This document shows, one piece after another, positions 10,258 to 20,067 of a stretch of DNA of 64,000 bases. The notes below the pieces were generated by a model, which did no database searches, was not told where the DNA came from, and saw only the letters and a list, made by a program, of their open reading frames with translations. Position 1 is the stretch's first letter, and each line of letters starts with the position of its first letter. Both the position numbers and the translations under genes were made by a program. The DNA comes from an uncultured Clostridia bacterium (GTDB taxonomy: Bacteria > Bacillota > Clostridia > Christensenellales > UBA1242), in NCBI GenBank assembly GCA_944349925.1, contig CALVNT010000022.1, positions 10,720 to 74,719 of the forward strand, in the 5' to 3' direction.

Positions 10258-11004
10258 TTATTCCATTTCACGATATGGAGAGCGCCTTCTTTCTTGTTTT
10301 GTTATTTTCCTAAGTTCCAATTCTTCTTTAGCCTCTTCTACAAAGCGATTTTTTCTTTCTGCAAAACTATCATTTGTTAAACCATTTTCATTTATAGTTT
10401 CTGCGTCTGTTATATCTTGTAATTTATAAATGAACTTATCGCTAATAAATTTTATATAATCAGTGAATCTTTTAAATTCTTTGCAATTTCTAATCAGTTG
10501 TAAAAACTCGTAAGATTTTAAATATTTAATAAAATCGTTTATTGTTTTGCCTTTTGAATCGAAATTTAGCTTTGATATCTTTAATCTATCTTTAAGCATT
10601 TTTATCAATTCTTCTAATTCAATTTTTAAGCCATTTTTCTTTATTTTTTTAAATGTCATAACATATTTTCTTTGCAAGAAAAACGAATATGCTAATGCAT
10701 AACCTTTATGTCTGTAGTTCATTATTTGGTTAAAAGTCTCTTGGCTAATACATGGATTTTTTGTAAGTACCATATAATCATTAAATGATATTAACATCAT
10801 CTTGTTTGTCTTTGTATCGAGTACTTTTAGTTGTATTTGTTTGCAGTCAAATACATTTTTGACGCCTTTGTATTTGTATCTATAATTTAATGGATTTGTC
10901 TTGTTATTTAATATTTCATCTAAGTTTAAAATAAACTCCCAACTTCCTATTGATAATGTTGATATATAATTTGTGTTAAATAATTTTTGTTCGTTGCTTT
11001 GCAT
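10258..11004 (-). CDS. Hypothetical protein (no recognisable domain)
   Basis: I place the start at ATG 11004, preceded by AAGGAG with 8-nt spacing; the track start at 11064 has no RBS. The predicted protein is Lys/Asn-rich with a charged C-terminus. Confidence 0.6.
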   Translation of the reverse strand: MQSNEQKLFNTNYISTLSIGSWEFILNLDEILNNKTNPLNYRYKYKGVKNVFDCKQIQLKVLDTKTNKMMLISFNDYMVLTKNPCISQETFNQIMNYRHKGYALAYSFFLQRKYVMTFKKIKKNGLKIELEELIKMLKDRLKISKLNFDSKGKTINDFIKYLKSYEFLQLIRNCKEFKRFTDYIKFISDKFIYKLQDITDAETINENGLTNDSFAERKNRFVEEAKEELELRKITKQERRRSPYREME

Positions 11005-11148
11005 AATATTTACTCCTTGATTTTTTATATCATATTTGTCTTTTTTTGTCAATATGCAATACATATTTTCTTTACTAAATCATTCTTCAAGCATTCTTCG
11101 TAATAAATAATTTTCCCATTTCATAACTTAAAATATAAAGGAGTGGAC

Positions 11149-12066
11149 ATGCTAGAAAAAATTCTTCCAGCGGATATATTTAACATACTTGATAAGTATG
11201 TAAATTTTTCCTGCATAAATGAGATTCGCTTAAGGGTGGACAAGCCAATCGTTTTGTCAATTGGAAGTCAAAAATTTTTTCTTTCTTCTCATGGCACAAC
11301 TGGAAATTTAAAAGAAGCAATTTTTACAAGCAAAACGGTCTTAGAGGATATTGTTTTTCGTGCTAGTGAATGTTCTATATATTCTGTTAATGAACAAATT
11401 AAACGCGGATTTTTAGTAACTGAAGGAGGGGTGCGCTTAGGGCTAGGCGGAGATTTGATTGAAGAAAAAGGTCAAATAAAGACTTTGACAAATTTTAACT
11501 CAATCAATATAAGAATCCCGCACGAAATCAAAAACTGCTCGCTAAGTTGTTTTGACTATATTTTAGAAAATAATAAGATTTTAAATACACTCATAATTTC
11601 TCCTCCCGGAGCTGGGAAAACTACATTTTTGAGAGACTTTATTTGTCAACTTTCTCAAAGAAATTACGCTTTTAATGTTTTGGTTTTAGATGAAAGAGGC
11701 GAGATTGATTTAGGCAATAAAGGGTGCATTGGCAATTTTGCTGATAAGATATCTTTCGCTCCAAAAAAAATTGGGTTTGAAAATGGTATACGCTCTTTAT
11801 CTCCAAATTTAATTGTTACTGACGAACTTGGAACAGAAGAAGATGTTAACTCTGTTCTTTATGCATGCAATGCGGGTGTATCAATTATGGCTTCAGTCCA
11901 TTCTGATAGTATTGAGAGTTTTTTGAAAAAGTCTTCTTTTGAAAAAATTATAAATGAAAAAGTATTTAAAAGATTTATAGTTCTTTCTTTGCGTAACGGC
12001 CCCGGCACTTTAGAAGGAATTTATAATGAAAATTTATCAAGACTTGGGGGCAAAACTTGGAGGTAA
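11149..12066 (+). CDS. spoIIIAA: Stage III sporulation protein AA (AAA+ ATPase)
   Basis: Walker A ISPPGAGKTTFLRD and Walker B LIVTDELG; first gene of an 8-gene spoIIIA-like operon. ATG 11149 lies 5 nt after AAGGAG. Confidence 0.9.
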   Translation: MLEKILPADIFNILDKYVNFSCINEIRLRVDKPIVLSIGSQKFFLSSHGTTGNLKEAIFTSKTVLEDIVFRASECSIYSVNEQIKRGFLVTEGGVRLGLGGDLIEEKGQIKTLTNFNSINIRIPHEIKNCSLSCFDYILENNKILNTLIISPPGAGKTTFLRDFICQLSQRNYAFNVLVLDERGEIDLGNKGCIGNFADKISFAPKKIGFENGIRSLSPNLIVTDELGTEEDVNSVLYACNAGVSIMASVHSDSIESFLKKSSFEKIINEKVFKRFIVLSLRNGPGTLEGIYNENLSRLGGKTWR

Positions 12067-12067
12067 A

Positions 12068-12562
12068 ATGAAAATTATTATAATTGCTATTTTGTCACTT
12101 GTTTGCATTTTTTTCGGATTGAAATTTTATACAAAGTATAAAAAACGCAAAAACTTTTTTGACGCTTTAGTTTACTTATGTCAAAAATTTGATGTCGAAA
12201 TAAATTTTTCTCGACAAAGAGTTCAAAACATAATACTTTCTTTAGATGAAAAAATTAAGCAAAATCTTTGTGGGCTTGATAAAAATTTTTTGCAGTGTTT
12301 AGAAAACAAAGAAAGTTTAGAAAAACAAAAACTTTTTGAAAATTTGTCCTTTTTAAATGAAGATGAACAAAACAATATTTTTTTATTTTTTAAATCTTTA
12401 GGACGTTCTGACATGGAAAATCAACTAAAAGAAATAAAAAACTTTGAAAAAAAATTTGGAGATTTTTTATCTTCAGCGTCTTTAGAATTTAAAAAATATG
12501 GCAAATTGTCTTTAAAACTTGGTTTCGTAGCTTGTCTGCTTGTAGTTGTTATATTTATTTAA
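12068..12562 (+). CDS. spoIIIAB: Stage III sporulation protein AB
   Basis: ATG 12068 follows GGAGG. The protein is about 164 aa with N- and C-terminal TM helices and holds the second position in the spoIIIA operon. Confidence 0.75.
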   Translation: MKIIIIAILSLVCIFFGLKFYTKYKKRKNFFDALVYLCQKFDVEINFSRQRVQNIILSLDEKIKQNLCGLDKNFLQCLENKESLEKQKLFENLSFLNEDEQNNIFLFFKSLGRSDMENQLKEIKNFEKKFGDFLSSASLEFKKYGKLSLKLGFVACLLVVVIFI

Positions 12563-12571
12563 GGAGGGCAA

Positions 12572-12766
12572 ATGGGTGTTGAAGTTATCATAAAAATTGC
12601 AGCAATAGGACTTTTAACTGCAATAATAGGACAAATTTTAAAACAGACAGGTAGGGATGAAATTGCTACCATTGCAACTTTAGCCGGCTTAATTCTTGTA
12701 ATTATCATGGTTTTAAATCTCATAGGTGAATTGTTTGAAACTTTTAATAACTTGTTTCAGTTTTAA
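12572..12766 (+). CDS. spoIIIAC: Stage III sporulation protein AC
   Basis: 64-aa two-TM protein. MGVEVIIKIAAIGLLTAIIGQILKQTGRDE resembles B. subtilis SpoIIIAC. Confidence 0.85.
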   Translation: MGVEVIIKIAAIGLLTAIIGQILKQTGRDEIATIATLAGLILVIIMVLNLIGELFETFNNLFQF

Positions 12767-12846
12767 ATAACCAAAATTGGCTTGTCAATTTAACTTTTGT
12801 TTTACGACATTTTTTTCATGATTATTTTATTTAAAAATGGAGGCTT

Positions 12847-13239
12847 ATGGATATTATCATAAAAATTGTAGCGGTTGGCCTTATTACATGTCTTGCAACA
12901 TTGATTGTAAAGCCTATTCGAAATGACTTTGCAATTTTTATTGCTTTGGCTGGCGGGCTTGTTATACTTTTTATGGTTCTTGGATATGTTAGTGAAATTT
13001 TTGATGTATTTAAAAATATCATTTCTACTACAGGAGTATCTTCAAACCTCTACAAACTTTTAATAAAAATTATTGGAATAGGATATCTTATAGAATTTGC
13101 AGTAGGTATTTGTGTTGATACTGGGAATTCAAGTCTAGGTGATAAAATCTTGTTGGGCGGAAAGATTGTTATCATGGTTATGGCTCTTCCAATCGTTACA
13201 AATATTCTGCAGATAATAATGGGGCTGTTGCCATCATGA
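12847..13239 (+). CDS. spoIIIAD: Stage III sporulation protein AD
   Basis: 130-aa multi-TM protein paralogous to AC at its N-terminus; fourth position in the operon. Confidence 0.85.
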   Translation: MDIIIKIVAVGLITCLATLIVKPIRNDFAIFIALAGGLVILFMVLGYVSEIFDVFKNIISTTGVSSNLYKLLIKIIGIGYLIEFAVGICVDTGNSSLGDKILLGGKIVIMVMALPIVTNILQIIMGLLPS

Positions 13240-14435
13240 AAAAATTATTACTGCTTATCACTTTTCTATTCTTGTTCTGCCCAAGCGCAATAAAGTCCCA
13301 AACTTTTGCCTTGACTTCTTCACAAGAAGAAATTTCACAAGAAAAAGTTTTGGAAGATTTAGAAAGCTCTGTTGATTCTCAACTTGAAAATTTGGACTTT
13401 ACTTCACTAGATGAAGTGATAAAATCTTTTACTGAAGGTCAAATCGCAGTTTTTGGCGGAGATTCATTTCTTGACAAAGTTTCCGCTTTAATTAGCGGTC
13501 AATATGATGATTCGCAAAATTTATGGCAAGCAGTTTTAAATTCGGTTTTATCAAGTATTGTTGGTCTCTTACCGATTATTTCAGCGATTGTTGGAGTATC
13601 TATACTAGGTAGCATGCTTCAAGGGATAAAGCCTTCCTCAAATGGAAAAAGTATGTCCAATATTATCAATTTTGTTTCTTATGGAATAGTTGTTGTATTG
13701 CTGTTATCTCTAGTTACCAAAATGATAGTATCCACTTCAAACACTATTTTTTCAATCAAAAAACAAATGGACGCAATTTTCCCAATACTGCTTACTCTTT
13801 TAACATCTCTTGGCGGAACGATATCAGCTTCTATTTATCAACCAGCAATGGCTGTGCTTAGCAATGTTATTGGCTCAATTGCAACTTATGTATTGCTACC
13901 AATCTTTATTTTTTCTATTGTATTTTCTATTGTTTCAAATCTTTCAAATACTGTCAAGTTGGAAAAGTTTTCCGGATTTTTAAATAGCATTTATAAATGG
14001 CTGATGGGACTTGTGTTTACAATTTTTACCGCCTTTGTTTCTCTGCAAGGTATATCTGCTGGATCTGTTGATGGTATTTCTATTAGAACAGCAAAATATG
14101 CAATTAAAAGTTATGTGCCACTGCTTGGCTCTTATCTTTCAGATGGAATGGGCTTAATTTTGGTTTCTTCAAATCTTATAAAAAATGCGGTAGGTGCTGC
14201 AGGCTTATTCTTGCTTTTTGCAAGCATTTTGTCTCCACTTTTAGACCTTGTAATATTTATGCTCGCTCTTAAATTTATTGCAGGATTAGTCGAGCCTTTA
14301 GGCAATAGTCAAATTGCAAACTTTGTAAGTTCTCTTTCAAAAAACATGACACTTCTTATTGCTCTTATAATCGCTTTATCTTTTGTTTATTTCATTATGA
14401 TCGGTCTTGTTATGTGCAGTGCAAATATTTTTTAG
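13236..14435 (+). CDS. spoIIIAE: Stage III sporulation protein AE
   Basis: 399 aa with a signal peptide, a soluble segment and multiple TM helices. The start overlaps the AD stop (ATGA). Confidence 0.85.
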   Translation: MKKLLLLITFLFLFCPSAIKSQTFALTSSQEEISQEKVLEDLESSVDSQLENLDFTSLDEVIKSFTEGQIAVFGGDSFLDKVSALISGQYDDSQNLWQAVLNSVLSSIVGLLPIISAIVGVSILGSMLQGIKPSSNGKSMSNIINFVSYGIVVVLLLSLVTKMIVSTSNTIFSIKKQMDAIFPILLTLLTSLGGTISASIYQPAMAVLSNVIGSIATYVLLPIFIFSIVFSIVSNLSNTVKLEKFSGFLNSIYKWLMGLVFTIFTAFVSLQGISAGSVDGISIRTAKYAIKSYVPLLGSYLSDGMGLILVSSNLIKNAVGAAGLFLLFASILSPLLDLVIFMLALKFIAGLVEPLGNSQIANFVSSLSKNMTLLIALIIALSFVYFIMIGLVMCSANIF

Positions 14436-14443
14436 GAGGTTAA

Positions 14444-14944
14444 ATGATATCAACTCTTTCCGCTTGGATTTTGTCTATAGCAGGCGTTATCCTTTTGTCA
14501 GTTCTTGTAGATCTTATTTTGCCAACCGGCGCAATGAGCAAATATATCAAAGGCATTTTTGCTTTTATCATAATGCTTGTTATTTTGACTCCTATACCAA
14601 AACTGCTGGGGCAAAATATTGATATCTCTAGTTTGTTCCAATCTGAAACCATACAAGTAGATAAAGATTATATCGAACAAATAAATTTTGAAAAACTTCA
14701 AACGTTACAAAACAATATTGAAAACGAAATATCGACATATGGTTACAAAAATGTAAAAGTTTATATTTCATCTGACATTTTTGATAATGCTTTTAGCATA
14801 AAATCGGCAACTATAGATTTAAGAAAGCTTGTCATAACTGAAAATGCAGAGCATACAAATATAGTGAACATCAAACAGCATATAACAAACATTGTTAAAC
14901 AACATTTAGATATAGGGGAGGACGAAATTTATTATGAAGAATAA
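14444..14944 (+). CDS. spoIIIAF: Stage III sporulation protein AF
   Basis: 166 aa with two N-terminal TM helices and a soluble domain; sixth position in the operon. Confidence 0.8.
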   Translation: MISTLSAWILSIAGVILLSVLVDLILPTGAMSKYIKGIFAFIIMLVILTPIPKLLGQNIDISSLFQSETIQVDKDYIEQINFEKLQTLQNNIENEISTYGYKNVKVYISSDIFDNAFSIKSATIDLRKLVITENAEHTNIVNIKQHITNIVKQHLDIGEDEIYYEE

Positions 14945-15470
14945 TCTTGTAACAAAGGTTAAAGAAATCTTAATAAAACTTAAATCAAATAAAAACTTCT
15001 ATATCTATCTTGCGGTTGGACTAGCTGTCTTGATTGCCATCATATACTTTGCCAGCACGATAACAACAAATGAAAGCACTTCGACAAAACAAGACACAGC
15101 AAATGAAAATTTATCTGCATCTGAGGAATATGTTGCCAAACTTGAAAATAAACTTGAAAGTGTAATCTCGCAAATTCAAGGAGGCGAAAATGTCGATGTT
15201 ATAATAACTTTAGAAAAAGGATTTGAGTATGTTTACCTGACAGAAGAGGAGACAAAAACATCTGCAAGTGGAATAACAAGCACAACGACAAATGTTGTTT
15301 TAGTAGATGGACAGCCTGTACTTATGAAAGAAATTTATCCAAGTATTAAAGGTATTGCAGTTGTTTGCAAGGGTGCAAATGATGTAACTCTAAAGATGAA
15401 TATTATCTCACTTATCCAAACGGTAGTTGAGGTAAATAGTGCAAATATTTCTATATATACATCAAAATAA
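14934..15470 (+). CDS. spoIIIAG: Stage III sporulation protein AG
   Basis: 178 aa with one TM helix. The C-terminal GIAVVCKGANDVTLKMNIISLIQTVVEV resembles the ring-building motif region of SpoIIIAG. Confidence 0.85.
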   Translation: MKNNLVTKVKEILIKLKSNKNFYIYLAVGLAVLIAIIYFASTITTNESTSTKQDTANENLSASEEYVAKLENKLESVISQIQGGENVDVIITLEKGFEYVYLTEEETKTSASGITSTTTNVVLVDGQPVLMKEIYPSIKGIAVVCKGANDVTLKMNIISLIQTVVEVNSANISIYTSK

Positions 15471-15482
15471 AAGGAGACAATT

Positions 15483-15953
15483 ATGAAAAAAAGAACAAAA
15501 ATAATTATTTTATCAGCCATGATTTTACTTCTTGGAGTAACAGCATATTTAAATGTTGTGCTAAACAGTTCAATTACAAACAACGACACAGTTATAGAAA
15601 CATCGAGTTATTTTCAAACTTATCGCTCAGATAGAGAATCTACTCGCGACCAAGAAATGCTTTATTATGACGCAATAATTGCTAGTGACACTTCAAGTGA
15701 AGATGCTGTCAAAAATGCACAAGATGCAAAACTTTCTTTGGTAAGTCAAATGGAAAAAGAACTTGTTGTTGAAGGTCTTATAAAGGCAAAAGGTTTTGAA
15801 GATTGTGTAGTTACAATCTCTGACAATAATGTAAATGCTGTGGTAAAAGCAAGCAGTTTAACTTCTTCTCAAGTTGCTCAAATTGTATCTGTAATTCAAA
15901 CAGAACTTTCAACAATAAATCTTGCAAATATTAAAATTATTCCAGTAGAATAA
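15483..15953 (+). CDS. spoIIIAH: Stage III sporulation protein AH-like
   Basis: 156 aa with an N-terminal TM helix and a soluble domain; last gene of the operon. Confidence 0.75.
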   Translation: MKKRTKIIILSAMILLLGVTAYLNVVLNSSITNNDTVIETSSYFQTYRSDRESTRDQEMLYYDAIIASDTSSEDAVKNAQDAKLSLVSQMEKELVVEGLIKAKGFEDCVVTISDNNVNAVVKASSLTSSQVAQIVSVIQTELSTINLANIKIIPVE

Positions 15954-16004
15954 TTGCCAAACATGAAAAAAATATGTTATAATACAAAAGAATAGGAGCA
16001 AAAT

Positions 16005-16376
16005 ATGGCAAAAACAAAAACATTGCAAAATAAAGGTAAAGTAGAAATAGATAGAGATATCCTTCTTTCTATAATCAACCTTGCAACAAAAGAAATCAAT
16101 GGAGTTCAATCTCTTACAAACGCCTATTTGCCTTGGTATAAAAAAGTCTTAAAACCAAAAAGCGAAGGGGTAAGCATTAAATTTGATTTGAATGGAAAGT
16201 TAAATATAGATGTTTACATTAAAGTATATATTGGATATTCAGTGCCTGATATTGCTTATAGAGTACAAGAAAATATTAAAAACTCATTAGGCTCAATGGT
16301 AGGGTTGAAACCTGGCAAAATCAATGTTCATGTATATGGCGTCGTTTGTGATAAAGAAGGAGCGGAAGAAAACTAA
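16005..16376 (+). CDS. Asp23/Gls24-family alkaline shock protein
   Basis: LLSIINLATKEINGVQSL...VYIKVYIGYSVPDIAYRVQENIKNSL is typical of the family. Its position before nusB matches B. subtilis yqhY. Confidence 0.85.
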   Translation: MAKTKTLQNKGKVEIDRDILLSIINLATKEINGVQSLTNAYLPWYKKVLKPKSEGVSIKFDLNGKLNIDVYIKVYIGYSVPDIAYRVQENIKNSLGSMVGLKPGKINVHVYGVVCDKEGAEEN

Positions 16377-16762
16377 TGAGGACAAAAGCTAGAGAACTGG
16401 CATTTCAACTTATTTTTGAAAGACTTTTCACCGAAAACGATAGAGTTTTTGATGAAGAGTTTTTTGTTAGTTTAAATAAAGAGGAAGACAAAAATTTTTG
16501 CAAACAAATTGTAAATGAATTTTCAAGTCACAAAAACGAGCTAGAAAAACTTGTAAGTGAAAATTTGATTGGTTATGAAATTGACAGAGTATATAGGGTT
16601 GATTTAGCTTTGATATATGAAGCAATAACTGAAATAAAATATCTTTCCTCGCCTATAGCTGTTGTGATAAATGAAGTTGTAGAACTAGCAAAAAATTATT
16701 CAACAGAAAAATCAGCTAGATTTGTTAACGGCGTGTTGTCTGCCATATGCAAAAAATTATAA
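16376..16762 (+). CDS. nusB: Transcription antitermination factor NusB
   Basis: RTKARELAFQLIF... at the N-terminus and ARFVNGVL at the C-terminus; 128 aa. Confidence 0.9.
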   Translation: MRTKARELAFQLIFERLFTENDRVFDEEFFVSLNKEEDKNFCKQIVNEFSSHKNELEKLVSENLIGYEIDRVYRVDLALIYEAITEIKYLSSPIAVVINEVVELAKNYSTEKSARFVNGVLSAICKKL

Positions 16763-16794
16763 TATTTTTATAAGATTAGTTTTTAGGAATTTAA

Positions 16795-17973
16795 ATGCAA
16801 GATTATATTACAGTTTCAGCACTAAATGGATATATAAAAAAAATTTTTGATAATGAAGAATTGCTTCATAATATTCCTCTTCTAGGAGAAGTTTATGGAG
16901 TTAGTTTTTCTCGAAATGTTATTTATTTTTCTTTAAAAGACGAAAACGCGTCTATTTCATGTGTCTGTTTCTATCCCGCATTTGCTGAGCAAATTGTAGA
17001 AGGTGCAAAACTTGTTTGTTACGGAAGCCCAAACTTTTATACGAAGGCTGGAAAACTTAATTTCAATGTTAATCGAGTTGAGGCTTTAGGTCAAGGGAAA
17101 TTGTATGAGCAATTTTTGGCGTTAAAATCAAAACTTGAAAAAGAAGGTCTTTTTGATAAGGAAAATAAAAAGGCTTTGCCAAAAAAGATAGAGAGAATTG
17201 GTGTTATAACTTCAAAAGAGGGGGCGGTCATTCAAGACATAAAAAATGTAGCATGGCGGAGAAATCCATATGTTGATATCGTTCTTTATAACACTAAAGT
17301 TCAAGGTCAAAATGCTGAAAATGAAATAGCAAAGGCTATAGAAATAATGGGGCAATACAAAAATATTGATGTAATTATTGTGGCAAGGGGAGGAGGAAGC
17401 TTAGAAGACCTTTCTGCATACAACACTGAAATAGTTGCAAGAGCAGTTTACAATTGTCCAAAACCAGTTATATCAGCCGTAGGGCATGAAACAGACTTTA
17501 CAATCATCGATTTTGTAAGCGATTTAAGGGCTCCAACCCCGTCTGCTGCTGCAGAACTTGTTACAACAAATATGGAGGAGCAATCAAGTTATTTTGTCAA
17601 TTTAAAAAATAGATTTTTAAATTTAATCGAAGATTATGTTGACGAAAAAAAATCTATGATTTATAATATTTCAATCAGTTGTTATGACAAGATAGAAAAA
17701 GATTTTTTAAAAAAGAAACTCGACCTGTCATCAAATGCAAAAAAAATAGAAAGCTCAGTAACAAATTATTTAAACAATCAATATTATCAAATTGGACTGA
17801 TAGAGAATACTTTAAAAAAAATCAACCCACAACAGATTTTAAAACAAGGTTATGCTAAAATTGAACAGCAAGGGAAATGTATTAAAAAAATAGGTGATGT
17901 TAACTATGCAAATGATTTATCAATTTTCTTGCAAGATGGAAAAATTATAGCAAAACCTTTAAAGGAGAAATAA
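16795..17973 (+). CDS. xseA: Exodeoxyribonuclease VII large subunit
   Basis: N-terminal OB fold (VSALNGYIKKIF), then IGVITSKEGAVIQDI and ARGGGSLEDL motifs. Confidence 0.92.
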   Translation: MQDYITVSALNGYIKKIFDNEELLHNIPLLGEVYGVSFSRNVIYFSLKDENASISCVCFYPAFAEQIVEGAKLVCYGSPNFYTKAGKLNFNVNRVEALGQGKLYEQFLALKSKLEKEGLFDKENKKALPKKIERIGVITSKEGAVIQDIKNVAWRRNPYVDIVLYNTKVQGQNAENEIAKAIEIMGQYKNIDVIIVARGGGSLEDLSAYNTEIVARAVYNCPKPVISAVGHETDFTIIDFVSDLRAPTPSAAAELVTTNMEEQSSYFVNLKNRFLNLIEDYVDEKKSMIYNISISCYDKIEKDFLKKKLDLSSNAKKIESSVTNYLNNQYYQIGLIENTLKKINPQQILKQGYAKIEQQGKCIKKIGDVNYANDLSIFLQDGKIIAKPLKEK

Positions 17974-17975
17974 TA

Positions 17976-19694
17976 ATGAGAATAAGTAAACTTGTTGGAG
18001 AAAGACTTAAAGATAGTGCAAGCACTGCAAATGTCAAAAGCCATAACTATTTGCTTAGAGCTGGCTATTTAAAACAGGTTTGTAATGGCATATTTTCTAT
18101 GCTTACACCAGCACAGCGCATCAATCTTAAAATACAAAATATAATTCGCGAGGAAATGGACGCTGTCGGTGGTCAAGAAGTTTTATTCCCAGTTGTTATG
18201 CCAAGAGAACTATGGGAAAAAAGCGGAAGATATTTTTCTATAGGTCAAGAAATGGTTCGTTTCAAAGATAGAAATGACCATGATATGCTACTTGGAATGA
18301 CACATGAAGAAGCTGCCGTTCATCTTTGTCAAAACACAATAAAAAGTTATGACCAGCTTCCTTTCATGATTTATCAAATCCAAACAAAATTTCGTGATGA
18401 AGCAAGACCAAGAGCTGGACTTATTAGAGTGAAAGAGTTTACAATGAAAGATGCATACTCATTCCATTATGACAAAGAAGAACTTCAAGAATTTTATAAA
18501 AAAGTTTATGATAGTTATAATAAAATCTTCAAAAGAATCGGAATGAAAAATTTTATAGCCGTAAAATCTGATTCTGGCATGATGGGCGGGGACATTGCTC
18601 ATGAATTTATGCTTTTAACAGACATTGGTGAAGATAGCATTGTGATTTGTCCTCATTGCGATTATAAAGCAAATATGGAAGTTGCAATCTCTAAAGAAAT
18701 AAAACCACAATTTGAAAACACAGAGAAAAAAGAAGTTTACACAGCTAACGCAAAAACAATAGAAGAAGTTTGCAAACTTTTAAACATCAGTGCGATTCAA
18801 ACAATAAAAGCTGTTTGCTACGCAATAGTTGGTGATGATACCAACACAGTAATTGCCTTTATTCGTGGTGACAAAGAAGTTAACGAAGCAAAACTTAAAA
18901 AGATTATAGGAAAAGATATAGCTGTAAAAGATTTAAGTGATACAGGACTTGTCAAAGGTAATATTGGGTGTTTAAATTTAAATTTACCAAATACAACTGT
19001 GGTATTTGATAAATCTCTTGAAGATATGCAAGGCATGGCGACTGGAGCAAATAAAGAAGGCTATCATATTAAAGGCGTAAATTTAAAAAGAGATTTAGAA
19101 AATGTTGAATTTGTTGATATAGCTAAAGTTAAAGAGGGTGAACTTTGCCCAGTTTGTGGAAAACCATTGACAATCAAACGAGGTATAGAAATAGGCAATA
19201 TTTTCCAACTTGGAACAAAATATACAAAGTCTATGGACATGACAATAAACATGCCTGACGGCACTCTTATAAACCCTCTGATGGCTTGCTATGGTATTGG
19301 AGTTGGGAGAGCGCTCGCTTCCGTAGCGGAAGAAAGTAGTGATGAAAAAGGACTTGTATGGCCAATGAGCATTGCACCATGGCAAATATATTTCTGCCCT
19401 TTGAGAATGGACGATAACTCTGTTAAAGAAAAAGCAGAAGAATTAGAAAAATCTCTTTCAAACAATTTTGAATTGCTTTATGATGACAGAAATGTTTCAG
19501 CAGGAATAAAACTTACAGATAGTGAACTTATGGGTATACCACTTAGAGTTGTCATATCTCCTCGATCACTTTCAAATAACGAAGCTGAAATCACTATACG
19601 AAAAAGTGGAGAAAAAATTATGTGCAAACTTGACAATTTAAATGAGTTACTAAAAAACCTTATCAACAAAGAAATGGAGGAATTAAATGGATAA
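17976..19694 (+). CDS. proS: Prolyl-tRNA synthetase (bacterial type with editing insertion)
   Basis: MRISKL...NYLLRAGY, FRDEARPRAGLIRVKEFTMKDAYSF (motif 2) and GCYGIGVGR (motif 3); 572 aa. Confidence 0.95.
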   Translation: MRISKLVGERLKDSASTANVKSHNYLLRAGYLKQVCNGIFSMLTPAQRINLKIQNIIREEMDAVGGQEVLFPVVMPRELWEKSGRYFSIGQEMVRFKDRNDHDMLLGMTHEEAAVHLCQNTIKSYDQLPFMIYQIQTKFRDEARPRAGLIRVKEFTMKDAYSFHYDKEELQEFYKKVYDSYNKIFKRIGMKNFIAVKSDSGMMGGDIAHEFMLLTDIGEDSIVICPHCDYKANMEVAISKEIKPQFENTEKKEVYTANAKTIEEVCKLLNISAIQTIKAVCYAIVGDDTNTVIAFIRGDKEVNEAKLKKIIGKDIAVKDLSDTGLVKGNIGCLNLNLPNTTVVFDKSLEDMQGMATGANKEGYHIKGVNLKRDLENVEFVDIAKVKEGELCPVCGKPLTIKRGIEIGNIFQLGTKYTKSMDMTINMPDGTLINPLMACYGIGVGRALASVAEESSDEKGLVWPMSIAPWQIYFCPLRMDDNSVKEKAEELEKSLSNNFELLYDDRNVSAGIKLTDSELMGIPLRVVISPRSLSNNEAEITIRKSGEKIMCKLDNLNELLKNLINKEMEELNG

Positions 19695-19896
19695 AAACAT
19701 GTCTTTCGAACAAGCTTGCCAAAATCTTCAAACTATTGTGGATCAAATTGAAAGTGGAGAGGTTTCTCTTGAAAAATCTATTGAACTGTTTGAACAAGGG
19801 CAAAAACTTATTCAATTTTGTTATGACACTCTTTCAAAAACAAAAGGAAAACTTAGTGAAATAAAATTGTCAATTGATAAACTAGAAGAAATTTAA
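19687..19896 (+). CDS. xseB: Exodeoxyribonuclease VII small subunit
   Basis: 69 aa. SFEQACQNLQTIVDQIESGEVSLEKSIELFEQGQKL is typical of XseB. The start overlaps the end of proS. Confidence 0.9.
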   Translation: MDKNMSFEQACQNLQTIVDQIESGEVSLEKSIELFEQGQKLIQFCYDTLSKTKGKLSEIKLSIDKLEEI

Positions 19897-19945
19897 AAAG
19901 CAAAGAAAATAAACTAATATATAAAAATATAATAAGATTAAAATT

Positions 19946-19975
19946 AAAAACTCAAAATCATTTTGAGTTTTTTTC
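19946..19975 (+). terminator. Rho-independent terminator after xseB
   Basis: AAAAACTCAAAA/TTTTGAGTTTTT hairpin followed by a T-run. Confidence 0.7.
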
Positions 19976-20067
19976 TTTACAAAATCAAAAAATTTTTTAA
20001 AGTTTATAAGCAACTTAATAATTAAACAGATTTTCATAGACACGATGTTAAAATAATATATTATATT

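Noticed and set aside
11065-11148. Sigma-E promoter upstream of spoIIIAA.
   Set aside because: Only a weak CATAACTT -10-like match is present, with a poor -35. That is not enough to report as a feature.
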